DNA of 51,251 nucleotides, the filler included, from Diploschistes diacapsis (Eukaryota): assembly GCA_023645945.1 (NCBI GenBank). It is 3 parts of 3 records of this genome, joined end to end, with 100 filler letters (N's around TTAATTAATTAA, not from the genome) between each part and the next. Parts side by side here need not be neighbours in the genome. Positions count along the whole stretch, not along the records: positions 34,252 to 51,251 come from JALAIB010000475.1; 2 more parts are not named here. The stretch is one strand, 5' to 3'. Positions 34,518 through 45,864 of this stretch are shown piece by piece (positions within the stretch are counted from its first letter, which is position 1; every line of letters starts with the position of its first letter). A model generated the notes under the pieces. It had not been told where the DNA came from and did not search any database. It saw only the letters and a program-made list of their open reading frames with translations. The position numbers and the translations under genes were made by a program.

Positions 34518-34546
34518 GAATGAAATGAAATGAAATGAAACGAAAT
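34518..34546. repeat. (GAAAT)n microsatellite
   Basis: gaatgaaatgaaatgaaatgaaacgaaat. Confidence 0.8.
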
Positions 34547-36153
34547 CGATGCACGTGGGGGGGGGATAGTCTCTAAATGCCTGCCGGGGAGGGGAGCGAG
34601 GCAGGGGAGAAATGATATACCAACGGGCCAGGTCGGACACCGGCTCCCAGGGCCTTGCTTTCGCGAAACAGATAAAGGATACGGAGTCATCGAGCTTTTT
34701 TTTTTTACCGCTTTCGTCCGTCCAACCCTTCGTCTTCTCGTCGAATTTCGTCCCCATCAGCCGGTTTCTGCTTGTCACGGCCAACGTTAGAGGAAGGGAG
34801 CCGCTCCGAGGTCCTCCTTGCCAGCCAGCCAGCTTGCCCGCCACACTCTTGAGCGAAGCGGATTATTGTTTTTTTTTTCCCCACGAGCCATGCATATATA
34901 GTATTTTGACAATGTCTGTCGAGTCTTGATTCCCGCTGGGAACTCAGGGGGGTATTGCCTGCGCGTCTCGGTTTTCCGGCAAAGGCGTTTCGTCGGCTCG
35001 CCGGCTCGACAAGGCAGCCCGACGTAGGGTGCAAAAAAGGCGCATAGTAAGAGCCCCATACCCAGCGGAAAGTGGGAGGCATGATGATGATGATGATGGC
35101 TGCCGGCTTCGAGTCCGGGCACGGGGGCCAAGGCTAAGCAAGCCGCATCGGGGCAGAGAACTCGGCGAAACGACACGCTCGGGCAGAAACGAGGGGAGGC
35201 AGGCTGGCTTGTCGGCTTCGGGATCGGGATGCATGCGGGAGAGAGGGGGGGACAGGCCCTCCTTTCTTGCTGTTTTTCCGAAGCCCCTCAGCATATCGGA
35301 AGCCGCTCTCCAGCTGGGTCGTTTACCACAAGCAAGCACAGCCGTCGTCTACCGTGTCTCTTGCCATGCCTTGCTGGTTGGACCCTTGCCTCTGATACCA
35401 ACAGCGGAGAGACTCCTGCTGGCCACTCGGTCTGCTCCTTCAAAGGCTTCCTTTTGAAGAGAGGTGCGTTAGTGGGTTCCCACGGGTGCCGTGAGTGATG
35501 AGCCTGAAAGGGGGTGCTGCTTGCCATTTTGTCGGCGTGTTTTGTGGACAACGCTTTGTTCGGCCAGCGGCCTTGTGTCAACGCACTATCGGCAGGCGTT
35601 GCGGCGGCTGCTTTGGGCTGTTGACGCGCAGGCGGAGGATCTTCCGGAAGGGGGGGGGGAGATGAACTGGCCGAGGGGTATCTGAGGCTGTGGGAGGCCA
35701 GTTGATGGCTTGAGCGCAATTTAGGAGGAGTGTTCGATGCTGTTTTCGATGCGTGCTGCTCTCGATTGCATTCGTGTAGTTGGATCATCGAGTAAATGGA
35801 GGCATTCTGGCATACTTGGTTGCCTTTGCTATTCCGACCGGTAGAGCCTCTGTCCTCGACCCCAGTCAACCGTTCTGGCAAACATTTGTAAAGCAACTGC
35901 AATCTGATATCAGCATAAGGGCCGAGCAGAGAGATAGAAAGCAATGTTGTCTTGTATAGAATTTCAGATAAGGTATTTGCAGCAATATGTGGAAACTATA
36001 TTAGATGGACGATATAGCAAGCTGGAGAGTCTACGCATAAGAGATTAGAGCAAGCAAGCCATTACATATTATGGTTGTAGCCACTTTGTATGGTGTTAGC
36101 TAAACAATGAAGTATCTCTAAGGTCAGTTACCCATATTCTCATCACGATGAAC

Positions 36154-36203
36154 TCATGCGTGACAGATTCCTATAGAATTCATACGTGACAGATTCCTAT
36201 AGA
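36154..36203. repeat. 26-bp-period tandem duplication
   Basis: TCATGCGTGACAGATTCCTATAGA-AT-TCATACGTGACAGATTCCTATAGA; one mismatch. Confidence 0.85.
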
Positions 36204-36452
36204 CACTCCGTTCATTCCCTGGTCGTGGCATGTAATATCAAGTACTTCAAAAAGAATTTTTTTTATCTCCATTTTTATAGGGAGAGGTATGGTTCCAAAG
36301 ATTAATAGGTTTGATCGAATTGATCATCTCCCAGAAGAAAGAGGGATGGGGAAGTTTCCAAATATTGGGTTGTCCAAACCGCAGTGTGATCCTGGCCAGT
36401 AAGGAAATCACTGGTGACAGGCTCTAATGACGCTCCGATCTTGAATTTGATT

Positions 36453-36549
36453 CCTGTTGTCTTACTTATTGGGGGGTCCTTTAGTCAGCTCTTCGAGCCG
36501 GACGTTACCGGTCACTCATGAGTAAAGGGTCCCAACAAGTAGGAACAGG
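36453..36549. repeat. Imperfect inverted repeat / hairpin (arms about 31-35 nt)
   Basis: Left arm cctgttgtcttacttattggggggtcctttagtca versus reverse complement of right arm cctgttcctacttgttgggaccctttactca. Confidence 0.7.
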
Positions 36550-36881
36550 TCTCATCAGCCGACAAGAAGAGGTTAACCATTAAGCCAAACCACCTGGACA
36601 GATATCAACTGAATTAACGGCAAATATATACATACGAACCAGAAGGAAAAAAAGGGGTAGAAAGCTTGGCAAGGAACATCAAAACTCGGGGGATGAAGCA
36701 TCAGGGGGTACTTCGAGCGTATGGAGTGCCATGCTAGAATAAGAAAGGGTCATGGGTAGGTATGAACTGGGAAGAAGGGGAGTTCAAGGTTCATGGGACA
36801 CAAGTACTGCTAGCGGTGAATAAGCAAAAGGTGGAAACCACATAGGTTCTGTTATGTGAGTGGATTGTGACGAGGATAGAC

Positions 36882-39614
36882 TCAAAGCTCTGTAGTTTCA
36901 TTAGCCAGGAACTTGCCTGCCGACCCTACTGATGTGTCTCTATTGGACGTGTCCCTATCAAGTACGTCTTCGATTTCTCTTGCTTCATCTTTCTCAATCC
37001 CTTCATGCACAATGACACCAACTCCTTTGGCTGTTCCCTGCTGCACCTTTTCTTCCGTATTATTAAGATGAATGTTTTCGTAAATCTCTAATGCTTTGTC
37101 GATGCCTTTTAATCTACTGTCCTCGAGAAGCTCAGGCCACTCCTCCTGGTTGGTGTCATAAGTCTCTGCATTTCCTTCACCATCGTCTTCATTTGCGGGG
37201 GCCGCGTCGGTTGGCAGTCTGAAATACGACAGATCTCGCTCTTGGTGACTTACTTTCCTCAGCTCTGTTGGTAGCAATAGCTCACCAAACTTGTCTACAG
37301 CCACTTTTCGAGAGAACAAATTGCTTTCCCATATAGTTTCCATCGCCAAGATGTACTCTTCCATAGTGGCTAGCATCCTGAACCGCTTCATATGCCTCTG
37401 GGCCTTTCGCTCCGAGCCGATTTGGCCATAGAAAAACTTTAGTCTCGCTTGGCATGCTCTCCTGACACTGTCCTCTCTGAATGGTACTCCGAGTTGTTTT
37501 AGCTTCTCAAGAAACCGCACACCTTGCAATGACTGATGTGAAACAAGACTCTGAATCCTCTCTTCTAGATTGTCTCCTCTCAAGAGCTGATAAGATTCGG
37601 GGTCTACTGCAGCCACAGTCATGGAGTATCTCAGAAATTCCCAGAGTTCTCTAGCTGGGAATAGCACAGCCCAAAAATTGGCCCTTTCAAGCAATCTTTT
37701 TGGACGACCATCAGCATATAAACGAGACGAGGTCAAGGACTGTTGGAGCTCCCCACGTGGATAGTGCAGCGCCAGCCATGTTAGTAGGTCCGTATACGTT
37801 TTGAACATGCAAGGCTTTACGATTTGCCTACACAGGCGCAACAGGCCTAGCCACTCGAAAGGATCTATGACGGTTCCGTAGACGACAAGCCGCTTCCATA
37901 TGTTGATGGTATTCATGAGCCTAGATTCGGAGACGCCCGGGAAAGTTTCAATTTTGACCGTGGTATCGATCATGAACTGGCGAGTACGATGGGTCACTGG
38001 AGCATGTGTGTCGCACATTTCTTCAATGCTTTTGAATACGCTAAGCTCGTCGCCTCTTCGGATAGCCGCCCGGAGTAAGCAGTTCCGCACCTGGACATCT
38101 CGCGTTCGCTTAGGAGAGCCGAAGCATAAGATCGCCAATGTTCGGTTGAGCTGCCGATGATCACCAGTAGTGACGAATTGAGCAAGTAGGACTTCTTGCA
38201 GGTCGGGGTCCTCGAAAGTATCTGCATGCAAATCGCAGACGACGACGTCATGTAGTATCTGGCTTTGGCCCTCCGCGACTAGATTTTCGACCAGTCGACA
38301 GAATCTTGAGTTATCTAGCGTGATGCCTGCCTTCTTCAGTGCGTCAAGGTGTTTCTCAGCAAGATCAATGTCACAAGTTCCGTTTTTGACGACCCTGTTC
38401 AAAAGTGTCCGCAAAGAATGTGGTCCTAAAGCTTCAACATTAACAAGGCGCAGCCCATTAATGACGGACTCGACGGAGAAGAAGCTTGTCGCGAAGAATC
38501 TCGCACAGGTCTTGTCGCTGATGGTTTTTCTCGAGATGTTCCGAAAACGAATCTGGCGCTCGAGCGTCTGCAGCAAGCTCCTCTGGTCCAACGTATCCTC
38601 GTTCTTCGCTTCCACAACCTGCAATCCCTGCGGCGCCAGAAAGGGTCGATCTTTACACGCTCGCAAAGGCGGTGGTGGTGCGCCAAACTTGCGATAAGAA
38701 CGTCTAAGTTGGTCCACATGTGCAGGCTCAGGCAGGTCATCGTTGCTAATCAGGAAGGAGTACCAGGAGTACACAGTCTGAAAATCATATCTTTGGCAGA
38801 GTGCAGGCGCGATGTATCCCTGCATTTGTTTGAACGTAGGGATTCTAGTGCAGAACTCGCGGAAAATGTTTCCACGAGGATCTCCTGCTATTTCAGCCAC
38901 GAGCTCTCCTAATTGCGTCTGTAAAGGCTCCATGAATTTGAGACGCTCGTGGCATGAGAGAGTTGCTTCACGTCCCTGATCTAATGCGTATTTGATCATG
39001 GTACAATAAAAGTTGTCGCGCTGGGGAGGACTCCGCCTTGAGTGAACGTATACTTCCCGGACATATTCTATCAAAGAATCTCGAAGATCTCTGTCTTCCA
39101 AGGCCAATCCCTGGATCGCGTTCCATAGATCTGGTGCATCATAAAGTACGGGCACATCTTTCGTATGGAAGCTTCTGAACTTCTTCCATACCGCCTTCGC
39201 CCCCTCTTTACCATCACGGCTCTGGCGAAGCAGGAGCAATTCGTTCCATAGCGCTTCTTGCTTTCTCAGGGCCGCTATATCGAGGAGTTGCAGGGCCTTG
39301 GGCGGCCGCTTCGACTGTTGCACGATCTTGTTGCCGCTGAACGGCTTCTCTTCGCTTCGAAGGTTCAGGCTCGGAGACCAACCGACTTGGACACCATTTC
39401 CAAAATCTTTTTTGGGCACATCACGCTCTGTACCTTGCGCCCTGTGAGACAGCTTTCCTTTGAGAGGCGTACCTCGTCCATTCTTTGCCGAAGGAGAGGT
39501 TGTCGAGTGATATTTTGCCGTATGGCTTGGGCATGATAAACATCTAACGAGGATGGCTTGGCGAGCGCAGGCAAAGTGTGGCCATCGTTGGAGCCAGTAA
39601 ATCGCCTCGCGCAT
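36882..39614 (-). CDS. Putative mitochondrial pentatricopeptide-repeat (PPR)-like protein, 910 aa
   Basis: Long intronless ORF; Arg/Ser-rich N-terminus nearly lacking acidic residues (presequence-like); helical repeat character; block ISDKTCARFFATSFFSVESVINGL...LGPHSLR resembles fungal PPR-annotated proteins. The gene is near certain, the product less so. Confidence 0.6.
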   Translation of the reverse strand: MREAIYWLQRWPHFACARQAILVRCLSCPSHTAKYHSTTSPSAKNGRGTPLKGKLSHRAQGTERDVPKKDFGNGVQVGWSPSLNLRSEEKPFSGNKIVQQSKRPPKALQLLDIAALRKQEALWNELLLLRQSRDGKEGAKAVWKKFRSFHTKDVPVLYDAPDLWNAIQGLALEDRDLRDSLIEYVREVYVHSRRSPPQRDNFYCTMIKYALDQGREATLSCHERLKFMEPLQTQLGELVAEIAGDPRGNIFREFCTRIPTFKQMQGYIAPALCQRYDFQTVYSWYSFLISNDDLPEPAHVDQLRRSYRKFGAPPPPLRACKDRPFLAPQGLQVVEAKNEDTLDQRSLLQTLERQIRFRNISRKTISDKTCARFFATSFFSVESVINGLRLVNVEALGPHSLRTLLNRVVKNGTCDIDLAEKHLDALKKAGITLDNSRFCRLVENLVAEGQSQILHDVVVCDLHADTFEDPDLQEVLLAQFVTTGDHRQLNRTLAILCFGSPKRTRDVQVRNCLLRAAIRRGDELSVFKSIEEMCDTHAPVTHRTRQFMIDTTVKIETFPGVSESRLMNTINIWKRLVVYGTVIDPFEWLGLLRLCRQIVKPCMFKTYTDLLTWLALHYPRGELQQSLTSSRLYADGRPKRLLERANFWAVLFPARELWEFLRYSMTVAAVDPESYQLLRGDNLEERIQSLVSHQSLQGVRFLEKLKQLGVPFREDSVRRACQARLKFFYGQIGSERKAQRHMKRFRMLATMEEYILAMETIWESNLFSRKVAVDKFGELLLPTELRKVSHQERDLSYFRLPTDAAPANEDDGEGNAETYDTNQEEWPELLEDSRLKGIDKALEIYENIHLNNTEEKVQQGTAKGVGVIVHEGIEKDEAREIEDVLDRDTSNRDTSVGSAGKFLANETTEL

Positions 39615-40943
39615 GCAGTAATCGCAGCCGGGAGATAATGGTATTGGATGCTAAGCAAAGCTCATTACGAAAGCCTATGCATCACCCGGCACAATGCTTC
39701 ATAGAAATGAAACTGAAGCTTTCCCAGGTCACTTTCGGAGCGGTGATTGACGCCAAGACTGGGAGCTTCAAGCCTTGTAGGGCTGATGAACCTTAATAGC
39801 TTCAGACAACTTCAGTTCGTAACCGGTTTGGCATTATTCTATTCGATTGGGCGACGATACCTTTGTCCTCTGTTGACCTGACGCGCAAATCGCTCCGGCA
39901 GCTCCCACTTCTTTTTCAATAGAAGCTAACACCATCCATCTGCCATAATGCCTGAGGGCAAGTGAGTTCCCAAAGCTTGTTATACCGTCTCTCTGCTTCG
40001 TCTTTCATGCCCGAACTACTGTGATCAAGTGCTAACCACTTTTTTGCTCCAGACGCTGGGGCTTCGTCAACCGCGTCAACCGAGTTCCACATTATCAGCG
40101 ACTTTTCCAAAGAAACGATGGCATTCGCCAATGGAACAAGGTCGGTTGCTTTGTCTTGCACGCGGTTGTATAGAAATGGGGAAGGCATGAATCGCATAAC
40201 GGACTATCACTAGGCTATTTTTGAGGCTTCATACTGCAAATCAAGCGATCATCGTGGCTAATTTATTGCCTTTACACAGACGCCTCGCAGTCCATACATA
40301 CTATATCCATACTATGTCTTGTTATACGGATCATTTAGCGGTAGGGGGTTTCCTGGCCTTAGCCCTTCTGTGAATTCGCTGATATAGATCCAGGCTCCAT
40401 GTACATGATGTGTCGGCTTGTTCTCGTAAGTTTCCGCTAGCGTGGCGTCGTCGCTGTTGCCCTTCGCTCCAAAGGGATCCTAGCACTAACGAATCATCAG
40501 GGTCACAAAACATGGTTCGGGAAAGATTAATTATGCTCAATTGGGAAGAACTTGCTTTGCTGGTGACGATGTACATATACTAGAAATTGAAATACACGTG
40601 TCGAGGTGAAGGAACATGCTCTACGGTCATGTCCAGTTCCATGGGAATTTGCATTGCTTAGTTTAGTATAGTTGCGAACACAGCAAGCATATGGAAGGAA
40701 TACATTAAATGCCATAAGTTCTAATTAATTGCGCCGCCTTCATTATGATAACAGGTTCTGAGTCCCCACCCATTGCTATCTTGATTTACTATAGAAACTG
40801 TGACAGCTGAAGGACCCTGTGGTCACTGGGACTCTTGTGTGATTCTTCTTGTCAAGCTTATTTTGTATCTTTCACGTAGTGATATAGTTGCAAATACCAG
40901 ACATTTTTTGAGGGCCTGACGAGCTCCCGTGAGATAGGTTATA

Positions 40944-41049
40944 CAGTCAGGTGCCAAAAGTAGTTAGGTACACCATAAGCGGCAGTAAAGAGACAGTCAA
41001 CTCTTTACTGCCGCTTATGGTGTACCTAACTACTTTTGGCCTAGTACTG
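40944..41049. mobile_element. Tc1/impala-type MITE (106 bp, TA target duplication, foldback)
   Basis: TA|CAGTCAGGTGCCAAAAGTAG...CTACTTTTGGCCTAGTACTG|TA; perfect 40-bp inverted repeat 40953-40992 / 41001-41040 with an 8-nt loop. Confidence 0.8.
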
Positions 41050-41240
41050 TATAAGATTCTGAGTTGCTGTAGTCGCTTAATCAAGCTGTGATTGGTCCAC
41101 CCAGCCCATTTCTGTTGTTGCAACTCCAAGCTCCGCCCAAGCTTCAAATTTCTACCCGCGGATCTTGGCTCTTAGAATCCGTTGCCCGAATCTAATCCTC
41201 GTCCAACATAAACGGAGGTCGTCCCCAAAGGTTTGCAACC

Positions 41241-42796
41241 ATGACCGACTTCGTCAAAGGTCTCTTCGGAGGCCCTAAATCCTCTGCAGCGCCTGCCGCA
41301 GAGGACAGTGGTAAGCCATCCTCCAGCATTCTCGCAAACCCTCAAGCTCGCATCTCACAATATACTATATACAGATTTCGCCGACTTCGCTACTGCCGCA
41401 TCCCCCTCCCCTGCTCCCTTACCATCATCCTCAACCCCCTTCTTCACCGTCCCAACCATCAGCACCCCCGGCTCCGGCGTGCCCTATACAAAATGGTATC
41501 GCGTCTGGGAGCGCGCCTCGCCGTCCGACTTCGTGCAAGAAGCCTTCTTCATCCCCATCCTCCTCTTCATGATCGGCATCCACTACTGGGGCCGGCGCAC
41601 GAACCGGCTGAAGGCGCGCAACTGGGCCGCCGCACACGCGCCCTTGCTACAAAAAGAATTCGCACACGTCGGCTTCGGCGGCCACCGGAGCCCATCAATG
41701 GAAGAAATCGAGGCCCCTGGCGCAGCCAAAGCGGCCACGAGCGAGAGCCTTGTGCTGCCGGAAGAGGTGATCAAGGAACGCAGCGCGCAGGAGTTCCTGA
41801 GCTACGCCTCGGGTCGGCAGAATATCGCCTTCCTGGACGTGCGGCTCGAGATGTTCAAGCGGTACAACCCGCCGACGCTGCTGCTGGAGTGGGCGCTGAG
41901 CCTGTTCTTCGAGAGCTTTGCGCCGCCGGCGGAGAAGATGCACGCGATTGCGTACGCGTTCGATGGGAAGGAGAGGGACATCGTGCCCGTGCGCTCGGAG
42001 GCGGCGCAGGTGGAGCTGGACAAGCAGGTTAAGGGCATGCAGCAGAGCGGGTACGACGGGTTCGTGTGGGCGGTCGTGCACAAGGATTCGATGCGCCGGC
42101 TGCGCGACGAGCGGTACGACATTAGCCTGACGTTCACGAAGGACCACCCGAAGCTGCCGGCGTGGGCGACGGTGATGAGCGAGAGCGCGGAGGTGACGGA
42201 GTTCATGCTGACGGAGGAGCTGGCGAAAGCGGTCAAGGAGGCCGGGGAAGACGTGTTCGAGAATTTGATCGTGACGGACCAGCCGATCGACAAGCCGCAA
42301 AAGTGAGTTCCACGCTATCTAAATCTCTCTGCTCTTGCTCCACATGCAAATCTCCCGCGCTCACCAGCCTTCCCATTCTTCTGTCTGGACTGCTCTCATA
42401 CTAACCTGGCACAGGCTCGACGAAACCATCCCCCGCAAGCGCCTAACCCTGACCCTCGCCCTCCCCTCCTCCAGCTCCCCCTCCGCCTACACCGCCACCC
42501 TCCCGCTCTTCTCGTACTTCCTGCGCCTCCCCGACGTCCTCGCCTCGACCGCGCACTTCCGGCCCGAGGTGCTGCGGCGCATCCGCGCAACGCGCGACGA
42601 GGAGATCCGCAAGCTGCGGCGGCAGGACGACGAGGAGAAGGCCGAGGAGCGCAAAGCTGAGGCGGACCGGAAGAAGAAGACGGAGAGGGACAGCAGGCTG
42701 AAGGGGCTGAGCGCGGAAGAGCAGCGGAAGTATTTGGATAAGGAGCGGGAGAAGGAGCAGAGGAAGGTGCAGAAGAAGATGACGAGGAAGGGGTAG
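41241..42796 (+). CDS. CCDC47 / DUF1682 ER membrane protein (PAT complex subunit-like), about 459 aa
   Basis: Exons 41241-41310, 41375-42302, 42415-42796. DFADFA, KWYRVWER, one TM segment (AFFIPILLFMIGIHYWG), N...A..W...L..EFA.VG, YASGRQN, FVWAVVHK, VMSESAEVT, TDQP, charged coiled-coil tail LSAEEQRKYLDKE. Confidence 0.9.
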
Positions 42797-43248
42797 GCAG
42801 GGTGGTAGTGGTGGGTGGAGCGAGGGCTAGGGTGGGAGGTCGAATGTTTGTTGAATTGCGAGATTGGGGGCGATTGTATAAAGGTCCGATGCGAAAAGCA
42901 TGGGCTCACAGATAGTGCTCTAGTTCATGATCAACATAGCAAGAAGTAGTGAAAGCTCTCTTTCCCGGGACTCATACAAGCGTGGTGGTCGCTGTATCGT
43001 TCCTATACTTGAGGCCTCAATGTACAATATCACATGTACAACTAGTACGCTCTTACACGCTACGACAACAACGATAACGTTACCAGAAAGCAAGCGCTCA
43101 CCAATAGCCAAAATTCTCGGCGATCCGCCAGCCGGCTTTTCAACAGCAGCGGAGTGGGAAGGGTATGCCTCATAAGCTCATCAACGCTATCGCTCATTCC
43201 AACTCCACTCTACACGTAGGCACAAGCCCGAAGTGGAACATCAACTAA

Positions 43249-44997
43249 TCACACCCCGTAAGCCGGCGGCGGCGCCTCCTGGCTCGCCTCGCCGCCCCAA
43301 AAGTCCGCTCCGGAGCTCTTCTGCTCCTGCACCCTGCGCGCGATCTCGCCAGCCATTTTCATCATCCAGGCCTGTTCGAGGATGCCGCCGGGGTGGGACT
43401 CGATGTAGGGGAATGGCGCGGCGAGGGAGGGATAGTGGGGTGATGCGGAGGGCGGCGGGGCTTCCTTCTCGGGTGGGATTTGAAAGGATTGGAAGTAACG
43501 GTTTGGTCTTAGCGGAGGCCGCTTGGGTAGGCTTGTGGATGGGTGTGGGGAGGAGGGGAGTTCGGTTTGCGGAGGGTCCATGTGGAGTGTTTCCGGTGCC
43601 TTCTCTTTTCCTCTGTACGGAGGCCGAGGGGTGGCTTCTGAGAGTCTCAAGGGGCTTTCTTGAAACTGGTGTTTCGGCTTTTCGGGAGAGCTGGGAGGTG
43701 TGATCAGCTCTGGTTCGCGCTCTTCTGGGATCGATTGTGGGAGTCCAGCGTCCGAGGTGGTAGAAGACATCGTGGCTGAGTCTCCGCTGATACTTGCTCT
43801 ATCCTCCGACTCTGTCTTCGGCCTCCGCAGATTGACGATCCTGTGCTTCCGCTTTCTGCCAGTCTTGGATGTTTTGCCCCCGAAGACCGAGCCTGAGAAC
43901 GAAGAGTTATGGCTTGACAAAGTAGGCCGTGTGCAATGAGTGCCGGACTCCGAAAATGCAGATGACATGGCGGAGCCTGGGACGATGGAGTGCTTCCGTG
44001 AAAGTGGTGGAGAAACGGGATAGTTGATTCCGAAAGAATCACCGAGCTCGAAAGATCCAGACCAGGCCCGACATATGACATCTTTCATGGGAGGAGTGAA
44101 TAGTGATAATGTTCGTTGCGAGTCGGCCAAAGTTTCGAGGCGGATGAGATTTTTGCGAGAGAAGAGCGAATGTGTCTCTGCAGTAGAACCAAGCGATAAA
44201 GATGCAACCTGGCTAGAATCAAGAATCTGTCCGTTCAAATCTATTGGATCTTGTGGCGGGCTGGCCAGAGGATCTGTAACTTGTTCTGCTGTTTGCTCCC
44301 CTGACGAAATCTTTGCCGCTTCCATCTCCTCTTTATCTCGATATTCCGGTACCCATAATCGCAATGATAGTCGGTGAATGATGGCCGGAACCTCGTCCAT
44401 TAATAGCGTTCGGAGTTGGCCCTCGATCGTCTTTTGCAGATAGTCGCGGACGAAAGGTATGGAGTCGAATGTCGAGGAAACTTTCAGAGATTCCAAAGGA
44501 TCATTTCGGAAAACCAACGTTAGACCCTTTTGCTTTGAAAATACTAGGATGATAAAAGCGGAGAGTTTAATATCAGATAGAGTGATCTTGAGAGGTATCG
44601 TCAGGCCAGCAGCAGCAGCGAGTGGTTCCGGCGAAGCAAAGGACGGTCTAGTCGACAAGTAGGTATTGAGGGGATTTGCCTAGGCTTTGTATCAGTAAAG
44701 TTGCATGCAAACCTTGTTGGTTCTACCCACCTGGACGCGGGTTTTCAATGTTAGGAATGCATCGCCGGAGTAGCACATCTTGAATATTCCCCGAAACCTG
44801 TCCTCCGCAAGGTCGCCTATTTCCAGGATCTCGAGATCCGGAGGGACTGACCCCAGGTTCAACTCATTGACAAGAATATCATCGACGATAATAGGCGGCT
44901 TTGGATATTTGTTCAGGGCCACAGTCAGTAGTTCTTGCGCACGAGTATAGAAGGAAGCATCCGCTGTCAAGGGCGACCAGTTGAAGTTGAACGCCAT
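43249..44997 (-). CDS. mdm34: ERMES subunit Mdm34 (SMP domain), about 565 aa
   Basis: Exons 44997-44731 and 44679-43249. [90 protein letters not shown], and a C-terminal PPPAY motif. Confidence 0.96.
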
Positions 44998-45864
44998 AAC
45001 ATTTCATGCTATACCTCGAGAGCAAAGATCATGGCGTGGTGGTGGAGGCTCTTCGGATCGTAGGTCGCGTGAGACGCTGGTCTTCTGATTGAGGCGGGCC
45101 TTTGACAATGGACGGTTATCGGTGCAGTGCTCACTCCTGACTACAGCTCGAAGATTGCCAGCGAGTGATAGATGTAGAAGGAAGTTTCGATCCAAGATGA
45201 GATGGTATCAATGGGCTTGCGATAAACATAACAAGGGAAGGAAACAAGGCTGTTGACAAATTTCTCGACAAACAAACCAAGTTACTGAATGCATTCTTAT
45301 TTGTACTCAGTAAAATTGACCACTACACCTTTAGCTCTTCTTTACCTCTAAAGAAAACACTCTCAGTACTCCTACGGGGTTTGTAATCTGAGTGTTAATG
45401 GACTCTTCTTAACCCTACTGTTCGTGCCCGAACAAATGCCGCTCCAAAAGTTGATGTTTTTCAAGTTGCATCACTACATAGCTCAAGGTACCGAAAATCC
45501 AGGACTGTATCAGCATCAGCCGGTATCTTCGTGCATGCCTCGAACCTCTTCCATCCCTGGGTAAGGTTATTTACATATGCAAGAGCTCAAAGTTTCCACC
45601 TCTGATTTGGCTTGGTTGTCTTCTCTGACGTTCTGTGCATGGATGTGAACACATAAGGTGAGACTGGTAGTTTCCATTGATCATATTACACTCTCTGAAT
45701 GTGAACTCGTCCTCGTGTTTGTATGCCCGCCTTCAAGCCCTCCTATCTCACACTATTCTTCTTTCTTCAGTCTGATAATCCAACCATATCTACATGTTTC
45801 CGTTTCCACTCCATGATTCTATCCTAGCCGCCCATCTATCATAACTTTGTTAAGAGTCGCAAAG

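Noticed and set aside
34252..35950. Many overlapping 60-220 aa ORFs (likewise 3197-4096 and 5558-7634)
   Set aside because: GC-rich intergenic DNA with homopolymers and microsatellites; translations are not protein-like.
41583..42300. Long antisense ORFs over CCDC47 (also over tsc2, cse1, sgs1, FHIP and the globin-like gene)
   Set aside because: Shadow ORFs caused by high GC3 in the real genes.
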